From Nitrospirota bacterium (lineage in GTDB: Bacteria; Nitrospirota; Thermodesulfovibrionia; Thermodesulfovibrionales; SM23-35), in assembly GCA_040757455.1 (NCBI GenBank), contig JBFLXE010000002.1, positions 1 through 45,280 of the forward strand: a DNA stretch of 45,280 bases, read 5' to 3'. The translations under genes were made by a program, and so were the position numbers. Positions 26,484 to 37,100 of the stretch are shown here, in pieces. The notes under the pieces were generated by a model, which saw only the letters and a program-made list of their open reading frames with translations, had not been told where the DNA came from and searched no databases. The first letter of the stretch is position 1. Each line of letters begins with the position of its first letter.

Positions 26484-26611
26484 TGTCATTCCCACAATCC
26501 GGCAGAGGAGCGTCGGGAATCCTTCCGATTCCCCCTTAGAAAAGGGGGAATAAGGGGTTGTTTAAGAAAAATTCCGGACAAGCCGCCTCTGGTGGGCAAG
26601 CCGGAATGACA
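26484..26611. repeat. 128-bp composite hairpin element bounded by TGTCATTCC / GGAATGACA
   Basis: Terminal inverted repeats at 26484-26492 and 26603-26611. Internally there are three ATTCC..GGAAT-based hairpins, including a perfect 10-bp stem attccccctt/aagggggaat (26528-26551). The track ORF 26385..26609 is a translation of this repeat. Confidence 0.75.
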
Positions 26612-26784
26612 GGCAAAAAGCTTAAAATAAAGAAAAGATTTTTACACTATTGAGTCGGGACCAACAGTGATATTACCCTGCTGTCATCACCAAAGTGTAT
26701 TACAAATTACCACAAAAAAGGTGTATTATATATATGTTGTTTGTTCACTGCGCGTTATAGCTCAAACAACAATTCAGTTTCTAA

Positions 26785-27273
26785 ATGAAGACAGATGAAC
26801 GGCCCTTCGTGGAGATTTTTGCAGACGGTGCCTGCAGTGGCAATCCGGGCGTGGGTGGTTATGGCGTTATAATGCGGTCCGGCGAAAAGGTAAAGGAACT
26901 CACCGGGTGTGATCCTATGACCACTAATAACCGGATGGAACTTACGGCGGTGATCAAGGCTCTGGAGGCACTAAGAAAACCCTGCAGGGTGAGAGTGGTC
27001 ACAGATTCAAATTATGTTGTTCAGGGTATTACCTCCTGGATATACAGGTGGCTGAAGAATAAATGGAAAACCAGCCAGAAACGGAATGTTGTAAACAGGG
27101 ATCTCTGGGAGAAACTTGTTGAAGTTTCGCGGCCACACGAAATAGATTGGCAATGGACAAAGGGGCATGCTTCGCATGCCGAGAATGAAAGATGTGACAG
27201 GCTTGCACATCGTGCTATAGAGGAGTGTAAGGCGAAAAGCACTCCCCGTGTCAGGAGCAGGACAGTTCTATGA
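26785..27273 (+). CDS. rnhA: Ribonuclease HI
   Basis: IFADGACSGNPGVGGYG, NNRMELTAVIKALE, VTDSNYV, WTKGHASHAENERCDRLA. This is the full RNase H catalytic signature. Confidence 0.92.
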   Translation: MKTDERPFVEIFADGACSGNPGVGGYGVIMRSGEKVKELTGCDPMTTNNRMELTAVIKALEALRKPCRVRVVTDSNYVVQGITSWIYRWLKNKWKTSQKRNVVNRDLWEKLVEVSRPHEIDWQWTKGHASHAENERCDRLAHRAIEECKAKSTPRVRSRTVL

Positions 27274-27830
27274 AAAAAATTGATATAAGAAACCTGACAG
27301 GAATGTTCCTTATAGCAGTACCCAGCCTTAAGGATCCTAATTTCGAGAGAACGGTTGTTCTGATCTGTGATCATACAAAAGACGGGGCCTTTGGGCTTGT
27401 TGTAAACCGAATGTTACTTAACAGTTTCGTTCCCTTTCACGGCGGACTTGATTTAAAGGATTCACTCGTTGACTTACCCGTATATTATGGCGGCCCTGTC
27501 AAGCCTGAACAAGGGTATGTGCTTTATGCACCCGCAAGCAGTAATTACCCGTCGGTAGAAATAAATAAGCGCCTTGCACTGACGACGGCAAAAGAGATAC
27601 TCTCCGACATCGCTACAGGGAAAGGTCCCCCGCGTTTTCTTTTTACCCTTGGGTTTTCAGGATGGTCTCCTGGACAGCTTGAATATGAGCTTATCATAGA
27701 CAGCTGGCTTATCGCTCCTGTCGACAACAGGATCATTTTTGATACCCCGGTGAATGACCGCTGGAGAGCGGCAGCAGAATCTATTGGGGTAGATATGGAC
27801 AGATTTTTCTTCAAGCAGGGGCGGGTTTAG
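27270..27830 (+). CDS. YqgE/AlgH family protein (UPF0301)
   Basis: GMFLIAVPSLKDPNFERTVVLICDHTKDGAFGLVVNR is the family-defining N-terminal block. Its start overlaps the rnhA stop by 4 nt. Confidence 0.85.
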   Translation: MKKIDIRNLTGMFLIAVPSLKDPNFERTVVLICDHTKDGAFGLVVNRMLLNSFVPFHGGLDLKDSLVDLPVYYGGPVKPEQGYVLYAPASSNYPSVEINKRLALTTAKEILSDIATGKGPPRFLFTLGFSGWSPGQLEYELIIDSWLIAPVDNRIIFDTPVNDRWRAAAESIGVDMDRFFFKQGRV

Positions 27831-27832
27831 AG

Positions 27833-27862
27833 TTGACAATTCTTCAGTAATTTTATTATTTT
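27833..27862 (+). promoter_or_regulatory. Candidate sigma70 promoter for rplM-rpsI
   Basis: TTGACA at 27833-27838, an 18-nt spacer, TATTTT at 27857-27862. Confidence 0.35.
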
Positions 27863-27896
27863 AATAGTCTTAGTTTTTGACGAAAGGTGCGTGATT

Positions 27897-28334
27897 ATGA
27901 GGACTCTCTTTGCTAAAAAAGATGAAGCCGGGCGTAAGTGGTATTTAATCGATGCAAAAGGTGCGATACTCGGAAGGCTTGCTGTGAAGATCGCCAATTG
28001 TTTACGCGGAAAGAACAAACCTACATTTACACCTAATGCGGATACAGGCGATTTTGTGATCGTTGTAAATGCTGAGAAAGTGAGGCTTACGGGAAGGAAA
28101 CTCGATGATAAGATCTATTATCGGCATTCTGGCTATCCGGGAGGCCTGAAGTCTGAGACCATGAGGGAACGCCTGGGCAAATGCCCGGAAAAAGTAATAA
28201 CAGACGCCGTTTGGGGCATGCTTCCAAAAGGGAGACTTGGCAGGTCCGTCATAAAAAAGCTTAAAGTGTACAAAGGACCGGCTCACCCTCATACAGCGCA
28301 GAAACCAGAGATATTGTCAACACAGGATAGTTGA
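27897..28334 (+). CDS. rplM: 50S ribosomal protein L13
   Basis: [46 protein letters not shown]... ATG 27897 is preferred over the track's GTG 27891 because SD gaaaggtg lies 7 nt upstream. Confidence 0.95.
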   Translation: MRTLFAKKDEAGRKWYLIDAKGAILGRLAVKIANCLRGKNKPTFTPNADTGDFVIVVNAEKVRLTGRKLDDKIYYRHSGYPGGLKSETMRERLGKCPEKVITDAVWGMLPKGRLGRSVIKKLKVYKGPAHPHTAQKPEILSTQDS

Positions 28335-28347
28335 TAAAGGAGAAAAG

Positions 28348-28740
28348 ATGCCAGAAATCTTTTATAACGCAACAGGAAGACGGAAAACATCGGTGGCGAG
28401 AGTAAAGTTGACGCCGGGTATTGGCCAGATTGTTATTAATAAGACACCTCTTGACAGCTATTTCCCCCGCGAAACATTAAGGATGGTTATACGTCAGCCC
28501 ATAGAGCTTGCCGGATTGACTGGAAAGTACGATGTTTTTGCGTCAGTTGATGGAGGGGGTCTCTCGGGTCAGGCCGGAGCAGTCAGACACGGCATAGCAA
28601 GAGCTATTGTTGAGATGAACAGTGATCTCCGTTTGAGATTAAAAAAAGAAGGCTTTCTAACACGAGATCCGAGGGAAAAGGAGAGAAAGAAATACGGCCA
28701 GAAGGGTGCTCGCAAGAGATTCCAGTTCTCGAAGAGATAA
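28348..28740 (+). CDS. rpsI: 30S ribosomal protein S9
   Basis: [10 protein letters not shown]...[18 protein letters not shown]...[26 protein letters not shown]. Confidence 0.95.
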   Translation: MPEIFYNATGRRKTSVARVKLTPGIGQIVINKTPLDSYFPRETLRMVIRQPIELAGLTGKYDVFASVDGGGLSGQAGAVRHGIARAIVEMNSDLRLRLKKEGFLTRDPREKERKKYGQKGARKRFQFSKR

Positions 28741-28812
28741 AAGACGTTCATTAGTCAATAAGTCATTCGTCACCGGAGATTTCTTTGACTAATGATTATT
28801 GATTATTGACGC

Positions 28813-29853
28813 GTGTTAAAGGTATTTATTTGTGGCGGCAGTGGATACACGGGAGGCGAGTTACTTCGGATCCTTTCACATCATCCGGGAGTGATCGTCA
28901 CCGGCGCAACTTCTGAAAAATCTGCCGGCAAGTCTATAAGTGAAATTTTCCCTATCCTGAGAAAGTACTCTGATCTTCTATATGAATCCTTAATTCCCGA
29001 CGTCATTCTGGACAAGGCTGATCTATTCTTTATGTCCCTTCCTCACGGGAAATCCCAGGAGGCGGTCAATTTTATCTTCAGACACGGCAAGAAGGTGATC
29101 GATCTCTCTGCTGATTATCGGATCAAGGATCCGAAAATCTACGAGGAATGGTACAATGTTCCTCACAAATTCAAGGCGACGCTCAAGAGAGCTGTTTACG
29201 GCCTCCCCGAGCTTTACAGGGAAAAAATATTAAAATCTAAGATCATCGCAAACCCGGGTTGTTATCCGACGGGGGCGCTGCTCGGCTTGTATCCTGCCTT
29301 AAAATACAAGCTCATTGATTTCACATCGATCATTATAGATTCGAAATCGGGCACAAGCGGTGCAGGCCGCAATCCTGATATCAGATTCGCTTTCTGCGAG
29401 GTCAACGAAGGTTTCAAGGCCTACAGTATAACAAATCATCGCCATACGCCCGAGATAGAACAGGAACTTTCATTTATCATTGGGAGAAACATGAAGGTCA
29501 ACTTTACGCCTCATCTTGCACCCTTCAATCGCGGAATACTCACGACTCTTTATGCGCAGTTAACTGTAGAAAGGAATGCAAAGGAGATAATAGAACTTTA
29601 CAAGAATGTTTATGAAAAAGAGCCCTTCACGGTGGTTCTGGACGAAGGCAAATTTCCGGACGTAAAGAATGTCCGGGGTACCAATTTTTGCGAGATAGGT
29701 ATTGCGGTGAACAAGAGGACACATACTCTGATAGTGGTAACTGCGATTGATAATCTTGTGAAAGGTGCTTCGGGACAGGCGGTGCAAAACATGAACATCA
29801 TGGCAGGTTTTGACGAAAAGACTGCACTTGACACAACCGCACTGTTTCCATAA
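28813..29853 (+). CDS. argC: N-acetyl-gamma-glutamyl-phosphate reductase
   Basis: GGSGYTGGELLRIL NAD(P)-binding N-terminus and the catalytic-Cys region IIANPGCYPTG. GTG start. Confidence 0.92.
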   Translation: MLKVFICGGSGYTGGELLRILSHHPGVIVTGATSEKSAGKSISEIFPILRKYSDLLYESLIPDVILDKADLFFMSLPHGKSQEAVNFIFRHGKKVIDLSADYRIKDPKIYEEWYNVPHKFKATLKRAVYGLPELYREKILKSKIIANPGCYPTGALLGLYPALKYKLIDFTSIIIDSKSGTSGAGRNPDIRFAFCEVNEGFKAYSITNHRHTPEIEQELSFIIGRNMKVNFTPHLAPFNRGILTTLYAQLTVERNAKEIIELYKNVYEKEPFTVVLDEGKFPDVKNVRGTNFCEIGIAVNKRTHTLIVVTAIDNLVKGASGQAVQNMNIMAGFDEKTALDTTALFP

Positions 29854-29858
29854 GAAAT

Positions 29859-31037
29859 GTGAACTCTTTTATACCAAAAGGTTTTTTGTTTTCCACAGCT
29901 GAGGCGGCGATTAAAAAACCGGGGAGAAAGGATCTCGCGCTCATTTATTCCGTTACAGAGGCAAATATCGCGGGTACTTTCACCACAAACAAAATCAAGG
30001 CCGCCCCGGTCAAGGTGGATATCAGGAAGATACGATCGGGAAAGGGGCAGGGCATAATCATCAACAGCGGGAATGCGAATGCGTGTACTGGCGAGAAAGG
30101 TCTTCAAGATGTCAAAGAGATGATAAACCTCGTTGCGAGGGGTCTGCGTATCAATCCTTCCCTTGTTTATGCTTGCTCAACGGGTGTAATAGGCTGTCCC
30201 ATGCCCATGGACCGGTTAAGGCCACAGATACCTGTGCTGTTGGAAAATCTTGGCAAATCGACGATAGAAGATGTGGCGAAAGCGATCATGACGACTGATA
30301 CATTCCCAAAAATTGTTAAAAAGCGTGTAACAGTTGGGAATAAAGCCGGGAATATTATCGGAATCTGCAAGGGCGCGGGGATGATCTGGCCTCATATGGC
30401 AACAATGCTCTGCTTTGTAATGACGGATGTCGCTGTCGAGAAAGAAACCCTGAATGATCTTATGATTGAGGCTGTTGAAAGGTCGTTTAATAAGATCACC
30501 GTTGATGGCGATAGATCAACAAACGATACGGCTCTCATTATGGCAAATGGCACGCTTGGCAACCGGCCGATCACCGGAAAATCATCCGTCTCTTTCAAAA
30601 ATGCACTGAACGAGGTGACCTATGAGCTTTCAAAGATGATCGTGAAAGACGGCGAAGGGGCAACGAAGCTTGTCAGAATAAAGGTAAAGGGAGCAGCGAG
30701 CGTAAAAGAGGCGGAAAAGGCAGCTTTCACGGTGGCAAACTCAAATCTTGTGAAGACAGCAATTTATGGCAATGACGCCAATTGGGGGCGCATCATGGCA
30801 GCGCTCGGATATTCGGGCGTTAAAATAAAAGAGAATAAGACAGATATCTATGTTGGAAACATAAAGATCGTTTCGAAAGGTATTGGAACTTTTAGAGACG
30901 AGGAAGCCACCCGAGCCTTTCGAAATAAGGAGGTCAATATAGTCATCGACCTTCACAACGGGAGGTCTTCTTCGAAGGTTCTGACCTGTGATTTATCAGA
31001 AGATTACGTTCGTCTCAACGCAGCATATAAAACATAA
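29859..31037 (+). CDS. argJ: Bifunctional ornithine acetyltransferase / N-acetylglutamate synthase
   Basis: TTNKIKAAPV, MTTDTFPK, and the autoprocessing site HMATMLCFVMTD (cleavage before T). GTG start. Confidence 0.92.
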   Translation: MNSFIPKGFLFSTAEAAIKKPGRKDLALIYSVTEANIAGTFTTNKIKAAPVKVDIRKIRSGKGQGIIINSGNANACTGEKGLQDVKEMINLVARGLRINPSLVYACSTGVIGCPMPMDRLRPQIPVLLENLGKSTIEDVAKAIMTTDTFPKIVKKRVTVGNKAGNIIGICKGAGMIWPHMATMLCFVMTDVAVEKETLNDLMIEAVERSFNKITVDGDRSTNDTALIMANGTLGNRPITGKSSVSFKNALNEVTYELSKMIVKDGEGATKLVRIKVKGAASVKEAEKAAFTVANSNLVKTAIYGNDANWGRIMAALGYSGVKIKENKTDIYVGNIKIVSKGIGTFRDEEATRAFRNKEVNIVIDLHNGRSSSKVLTCDLSEDYVRLNAAYKT

Positions 31038-31063
31038 TACATCTTTCAGAAGGTCTTTTCCTT

Positions 31064-31297
31064 TTATCTTTTCCGCTCCGCAGTCTTTTTCTGAACGTGC
31101 TCAACAAAATCATCACTCTCGCTTTTCCCGATCTCCTTGTATCTTTCCAGGACGATCTTCTCCGCCTTGATCCAGTCATCAAAATCATGTCCATTAGTCT
31201 TGCCTCTCTTTTCATAGAGATCATAAGCAACTTTGGCAATCTCTTCACTCAGATCCCTTTTTGAGATGACATCAGTCAAATTTATACTTCTTCGCAT
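31064..31297 (-). CDS. DUF2934-like small protein
   Basis: EEIAKVAYDLYEKRGKTNGHDFDDWIKAEK matches the conserved A.Y.LYE.RG...G.D..DW..AE core that I associate with DUF2934. Confidence 0.6.
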   Translation of the reverse strand: MRRSINLTDVISKRDLSEEIAKVAYDLYEKRGKTNGHDFDDWIKAEKIVLERYKEIGKSESDDFVEHVQKKTAERKR

Positions 31298-31543
31298 AAA
31301 TACCTCCTTTTGGATGTTCTCACAAAAAATATAGCAAAAGGGATGCTAAAATATAACCTTTTGATTTTAAAGCATAAATTAGAGATGATACTGCAAAATG
31401 TCAGGCATTTTGCACCTGTTCCATGGCATATTGCCCTGATTTCATGAATTACGACGACATGATTTATAAAATCAATCCCTCCTGACCTCCCTTTTCCAAA
31501 GGGAGGATTTGCACCCCTCTTTTGAGTAATAATTTTGAGTCGT

Positions 31544-31692
31544 AATAATTCCGAATCCAGCAAAAACTGTCATTGCAAGTGAAACGAAGCAATCTCGTCT
31601 CTTGTAGTGAGATTGCCACTCCGCCTAAGGCGGATCGCAATGACCGAACACGTAAGTCTTTATGATAGTTATCGCTGGATTTGGATAATATT
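31544..31692 (+). repeat. 149-bp nested-palindrome MITE-like element, copy B
   Basis: Outer inverted repeat aataattccgaatccagc against gctggatttggataatatt. Inner gtcattgcaag...gatcgcaatgac. The core matches the reverse complement of copy A (2146..2294). Confidence 0.85.
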
Positions 31693-31865
31693 TAGTACCT
31701 CCAGCGCTCGCCCGATTCTTGAGAAAAAGTAATTTCAGACATACTTCTATCGAATGCCCAATTGCGGCGAGGGCTTATGATATGCCACGATATTTATAGG
31801 ACGTTCGTGTATCATAAAGAAGTTAACAAGTTCGTCATTTATGAAGATGGAGGAGAATAAATCAT

Positions 31866-33530
31866 ATGGAGCGTGAAGTAATAGAATTCGATGTTGTCTT
31901 TGTTGGTGGTGGACCTGCCAATTTAAGCAGTGCAATTCATCTGACGAACCTCGTCAGGAAACATAATGAAGATATTGAAAAAGGAACGCGGCGAGGGGGA
32001 AAAATTGACATAGAAGACAAAATTGCTGTTCTCGAAAAAGGTGCATATTTTGGCGCGCATAACATTTCCGGAGCAGTGCTTATTCCCCATGTGCTTTCGG
32101 AACTTTTACCTGACTATAAGCAGCTCGGCTGCCCCATTGATGCAGAGGTAAACAAAGAGTCCATCTATTTTTTGACAAAAAAGGGAAAGATTAAAATTCC
32201 TTTCACTCCAACCTCTTTGAATAATCACGGCAATTATTTTCTTTCGCTCTCCAGATTTGTCGGTTGGCTTTCTAAAATTGCGGAAAAGAATAAAGTGATG
32301 ATGCTTGAGGGAACGGCTGCGGTCGAAATTCTATATGAAGGTACCAGGGTAGTTGGCGTACGAACGGACGACAAACGTCTTCAGGACAACGGCGAATATG
32401 AGACCCCCGGCTATATTCTGAACTCAAAGGTCGTTGTGCTGGGAGAGGGGAGCAACGGCACTCTGCGTAAAAGCCTCGTTGAAAAACTGCATCTTGATCA
32501 GGGCAAGGCTCCTTCCATATATGAGCTGGGCGTAAAAGAGATATATGAACTGAAGAGTAATCCTCTACAAAAGGGTGAATGTATCCATACACTGGGCTAT
32601 CCGTTCCGGAAAGGACTTTCCGGTGGTGGATTTATCTATTGCATTTCTGAAACCCGGGTTGTCATCGGGCTTATCACTCACCTCAGTTCCGAAGACCCGC
32701 AGCTCGATCCACACAAGGAACTCCAGAAATACAAGCAGCATCCGTTTATTCACAATGTCATCAAAGACGGAAAACCCACGCATTACGGCGCCCGGACTCT
32801 TCCCTGCGGCGGGTATTTTTCTATACCCAAACTTACCTCTGAGGGCGTTATGATAACTGGCGACTCCGCTAACCTTGTCGATTCGCGAAAGATGAAAGGG
32901 CTGCATACAGCCATAAAATCGGGAATGCTTGCGGCAGAAGTTCTCTTCGAAGCGCTCATGAACAATGATTTTTCGGCAAGCCAGCTATCAAAATATGAAG
33001 AGAAATTGAAAAACAGCTGGATATATTCCGATCTCCGGAGGAGCCGCAATTTCACTCCTGCGGTTGCCATGGGAGTTCCTTTTCCGGGCGGGCTGCTTCT
33101 TGGATTCCAGATGGTCACCGGCGGCGCCACACCGATAGGAAATCTTAAGACAAAACCCGATTATTCGACAACGAAAGACATGAAGCATTTTTATGGTAGT
33201 AAATCAGCCGAATCATTGCCAAAGGCAGATGACAGAATTATTATGAGCAAATTAACGGACGTTTATTTTTCAGGCACGTCGCATGACGAAAGGCAGAAAA
33301 GCCATATCCGGTTGAAAGACGAAAATGTCTGTAGAAAATGTATTTCAGATTATAAAGCGCCGTGCACGGTGTTCTGCCCTGCCAGCGTCTATGAACTGGA
33401 GCATGATAAAATAAAAGTGAACTTCAGTAATTGCCTGCACTGCAAGACCTGCGATCTGAAATGTCCTTTTGAAAATATCGTCTGGAACCTGCCGGAGGGC
33501 GGGGGCGGTCCACGATATACTCTGCAGTAA
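31866..33530 (+). CDS. Electron-transfer flavoprotein:quinone oxidoreductase (ETF-QO/FixCX-like)
   Basis: FAD motif FDVVFVGGGPANLS. C-terminal 4Fe-4S segment CTVFCPASVYE...CLHCKTCDLKCP. SD ggaggag. Confidence 0.85.
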   Translation: MEREVIEFDVVFVGGGPANLSSAIHLTNLVRKHNEDIEKGTRRGGKIDIEDKIAVLEKGAYFGAHNISGAVLIPHVLSELLPDYKQLGCPIDAEVNKESIYFLTKKGKIKIPFTPTSLNNHGNYFLSLSRFVGWLSKIAEKNKVMMLEGTAAVEILYEGTRVVGVRTDDKRLQDNGEYETPGYILNSKVVVLGEGSNGTLRKSLVEKLHLDQGKAPSIYELGVKEIYELKSNPLQKGECIHTLGYPFRKGLSGGGFIYCISETRVVIGLITHLSSEDPQLDPHKELQKYKQHPFIHNVIKDGKPTHYGARTLPCGGYFSIPKLTSEGVMITGDSANLVDSRKMKGLHTAIKSGMLAAEVLFEALMNNDFSASQLSKYEEKLKNSWIYSDLRRSRNFTPAVAMGVPFPGGLLLGFQMVTGGATPIGNLKTKPDYSTTKDMKHFYGSKSAESLPKADDRIIMSKLTDVYFSGTSHDERQKSHIRLKDENVCRKCISDYKAPCTVFCPASVYELEHDKIKVNFSNCLHCKTCDLKCPFENIVWNLPEGGGGPRYTLQ

Positions 33531-33531
33531 T

Positions 33532-34173
33532 CTATTTCCTCACCCAGTTGCCGCTGGGGTCCTGAATCCACCAGCCTTTTTTGGCCGAATCTCTTCTTAT
33601 CGATGCAAATTGCTCGACTGCCTGAGGCATAACACTTCTAAGATTCTCCTCATTTTCAGGAACCCTGTTTATCCGTATAATCGCACGTGCCATTCCCCGC
33701 ATCACCGTCTGCCTGTCACGGTTCTCAGCTTCAACCAGCTTCTGCTCTTCGGAAGATAACTTGCCTTCTCTCACAATAAGCAAGCCCTTGTTAGACTCTC
33801 CAACAACACCCTTATCCCTCAGTCTGTCAATTTCAGCAAGTCTTGCTCCCATATCTTTATATGCAGCAACAACATCCGGCATTTTTTTGACAATTTCTGC
33901 AATCCTTTCCGGGAGGTCCTTTTCCTGAGCGTATGCCGCAGGGATCAAGTCAAAGAGAATAGAAGTCCCTGACGTGTCATTGCCTTCTTTCTTGATGCCC
34001 TCTTCTTCTGTCATTGGCTTCATCAGTTCTTTTTCAAGTGTCTTATAAGCCTCCTTCACTTCCTTTTCCGGAAAATAGATATTCACCGTTATAACAGCGC
34101 ATGAAAAAACACAGATAAAAAGTACAACCGTAATGAATTTAGCCTTCTTGCTCATCTTTGAATATCCCTCCAT
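33532..34173 (-). CDS. YdbL-like (DUF1318) periplasmic protein with an N-terminal extension
   Basis: Signal/anchor ITVVLFICVFSCAVI. C-terminal EAENRDRQTVMRGMARAI....AKKGWWIQDPSGNWVRK resembles E. coli YdbL. Confidence 0.6.
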   Translation of the reverse strand: MEGYSKMSKKAKFITVVLFICVFSCAVITVNIYFPEKEVKEAYKTLEKELMKPMTEEEGIKKEGNDTSGTSILFDLIPAAYAQEKDLPERIAEIVKKMPDVVAAYKDMGARLAEIDRLRDKGVVGESNKGLLIVREGKLSSEEQKLVEAENRDRQTVMRGMARAIIRINRVPENEENLRSVMPQAVEQFASIRRDSAKKGWWIQDPSGNWVRK

Positions 34174-34183
34174 TATTGTTAAA

Positions 34184-37100
34184 TTATTCCTCTTTTGCCG
34201 CCCTGTAAGCCGCCTCTGTTATTGTCCACATTAAATCTGCGATGGCGATCCTATTGCTGACCGGCGCTACCGTGATCGAGAGATCCCTGATGCCAAAAAT
34301 ATTCCTGTTCGATATCTCGAGTTCCTTGAAGATCAAATACCCTTCACTCAAATAGACGCCAAGAACCCCCCTGTCGTAAGGCCGGTCCCTGAGATACGCT
34401 TTCAGTGAAGGCCCCCCTACTTTCTGCAAAAACTTTTTGCCGATTTCGGTTTCTTCATCATTTATGCTGTAAGTCCAGAAATCCGCTCTGCCTGTGAGTT
34501 CGGAAATCCCGGTTCCCGAACCTCTCACCAGGCCAATTCCATTGACTTTACCCGAAATATATCCTTTTATGGGCTCTATTTCTTCGCAAAGCTTTTTCAG
34601 GCTCATTCCTTCAAGAATAAAGCCGGCCTTGTAATTGAGCCCCTTCGAAAAATCAACAAAGCCTGACCCGCTGATTTTTCCTGCGAATATATTAGCATTA
34701 AAATAGTCTATGTTCAAAAGTCTTCCATTTTGCTTCACAAAAATTTTGATATCCTTCAACAGCCGGAATCCATAACCAAAGGATCCCATTGTTATTCTGC
34801 TGAAATCCTGACGGGGTACGGTGTCTGAATAGTATCGGCTTAGATCCTTGAATTGAGACTTCTCAAACGAAGCAATGGAGATGTCCATTCTTTTAGTGGA
34901 CCTGTCAAATTCGATCGGGACATTGCCACTTATTGGCCCCAGGAAATACTCTCCGTTTTCGCCCTCCACAGTTATCTCTTTAAGTTTTATATATCCTATG
35001 GCCTTCTTCAAGCCTTTCTCATTGTATTCGATCGAAACCGAAGACGACAGAGAGCCTTCCAATCCTGCATAAAGAAGACTATCAGGAAAAACGTCCCATA
35101 GTGATTCTCTCAGAGAAATAAGTCCGACATCCGGCAGTTTTATGTCAGCTTTGAAGATTCTGTCTTTGTGGATAAACCTTTCAATCTCTCCCGAAACCTC
35201 GGCAAATACATTTCCCGAGGTAACCTCCGCTTTAAAGAAGATATCATCACCTTCGAATGTGATGACTCCTCCCAATCCGGCCTTTTTCAACAGATGTCTT
35301 TTTTTTGCCGTTATCAGGACGGACAAAAGCCCTGCCTGCAGAGACGCGTTTCCATCAAAAGAGTCTGATGAAATAATTCTGCCTTCGAATTTTGCGGTTT
35401 CCAGAATACCGGAGAAAGAATAGGGAATCCTGTATCGACTCGATACGGCTTTCGAAAGTGAGCCGATATCAAGATTTTCAGCAATTAAATGTACTTTCGC
35501 AGGGAAAATTTTTCCACTCGTACCTCTTAATTTAGCCCTCATTGTGCCACCTGCGAATCTGCTCTCAGCGACGTCTATGGAAAAACCACGTTCATCGACA
35601 TTGCCGTCCCCTGAAATTCTGCTCATGACCACGTCAAAAGCCGTGGCTTCCTCACCGGAAAAAACAAACTTTCCAGATAACCTTTCTTTTTTCTCAAGGT
35701 AAAAACGCAGATCAAAATTACGCAATGCAATTTTTCTCTGAAAATAGCCTTCTAAATTTGTGACGGCAATCTCTGAAATTTTCGCCTTGCGAGGGGATAG
35801 ATCCACCTCTATCGCAGTTGACGATATATGCATACCATCGATATCGGCCTTCTGGTTCTTGATAACAACAAAACCTGGCCTGTAATCGAGATCAAAGGCG
35901 CTGTTGACTTCCCTGATTTCGTAGCTGCCGTATCTGATGCCCCGTATTTTCAGGGAATTTTTCCCTGAAAAAGCTTCTCCTTTTAGACTGCCTTCTGAGG
36001 TCAAAAGAAGACTATTGAGGGCTACGCCACCACGATTTTTAATCCTGACTATTATCGGTGAAACATTGACAGATGACCTTATCGATATCCGCTCAGGTCG
36101 GGCATGAGCAATTAGTAAAACCTTTGCATTGGCGGGCTCACTCAGGGAATATTCACCGGCCTTTATGATTTTGGCATCAGCCCTCGCTTTCACCGGCTCT
36201 CTCTTGCCATTTAATTCTACATCTCCATTTATGTCTGCAAGGACTATTCTATCTGAGTTCAGCATTCCTCTTCTGATTTTCAGCCTGCCTGATACATCAG
36301 GGACAGCTTTCTCGAAATAACCCCATGCTCTTAGATTATCGGATGTGACCACTCCTTTCACCCCTTTGTTTTTTGTGTAGCGCATTCCTGAAAGATCCAG
36401 CCTGTCGATCCTGAATTCGCCACGGTAAGCTGGTCTCTTCCTTAAATCAGAAATGATGGCCGACCCCCGGATCAGTGCGTTCTCTTCTGCATACAAAGTA
36501 ATGTTTTCTATCGGAATTGAATTTAAGTAAATGTCCAGGAATGCCTGTACGGTCATATGCAATTCTTTCCTGACATCTGAAAAAAGCCTTGTGTTTCTCG
36601 CCTTTGCATCAGACTTTATCTCGAAACCCCTTTCTGTATCGCCATTCACATGAACACTTATGTCGATCTTTGCGTCTTTTAAATGTCTGTTGTCCGGCAA
36701 AAACTGTGCGAAGTGAGACAAAGTGAAACCTTTCGATGAGAGCGAAAGACTAATCTCCTTCGGCCTTCTCCCGAGATACGTCCATCCATTGATTCTGATT
36801 TTATTTTCCCCATATGCAAAAGAGCCCTGTATGAGAGTTTTCATATCCGGATCTGAGGAGAGATTCTTCAGTTTCACATTAATGTCGCTGCTACTGTATA
36901 ACTGCTTCTGCCCGTAAATGACAGCGCCGGAGGCAATGGAGATTTCTCTTATCTTGTATTCAAACTCGGGAGGTCTGGGTCTCGTCAGAAACTGGAGCAA
37001 TTTTTCGGATATATTCCATCTTCCTTCCCTGTTTGTCATGAGCGACAGTTCGGGGCTGTAGAGAGCAATCTTTTTGAAGACGAGCCTCCCTTTCAGAAGT

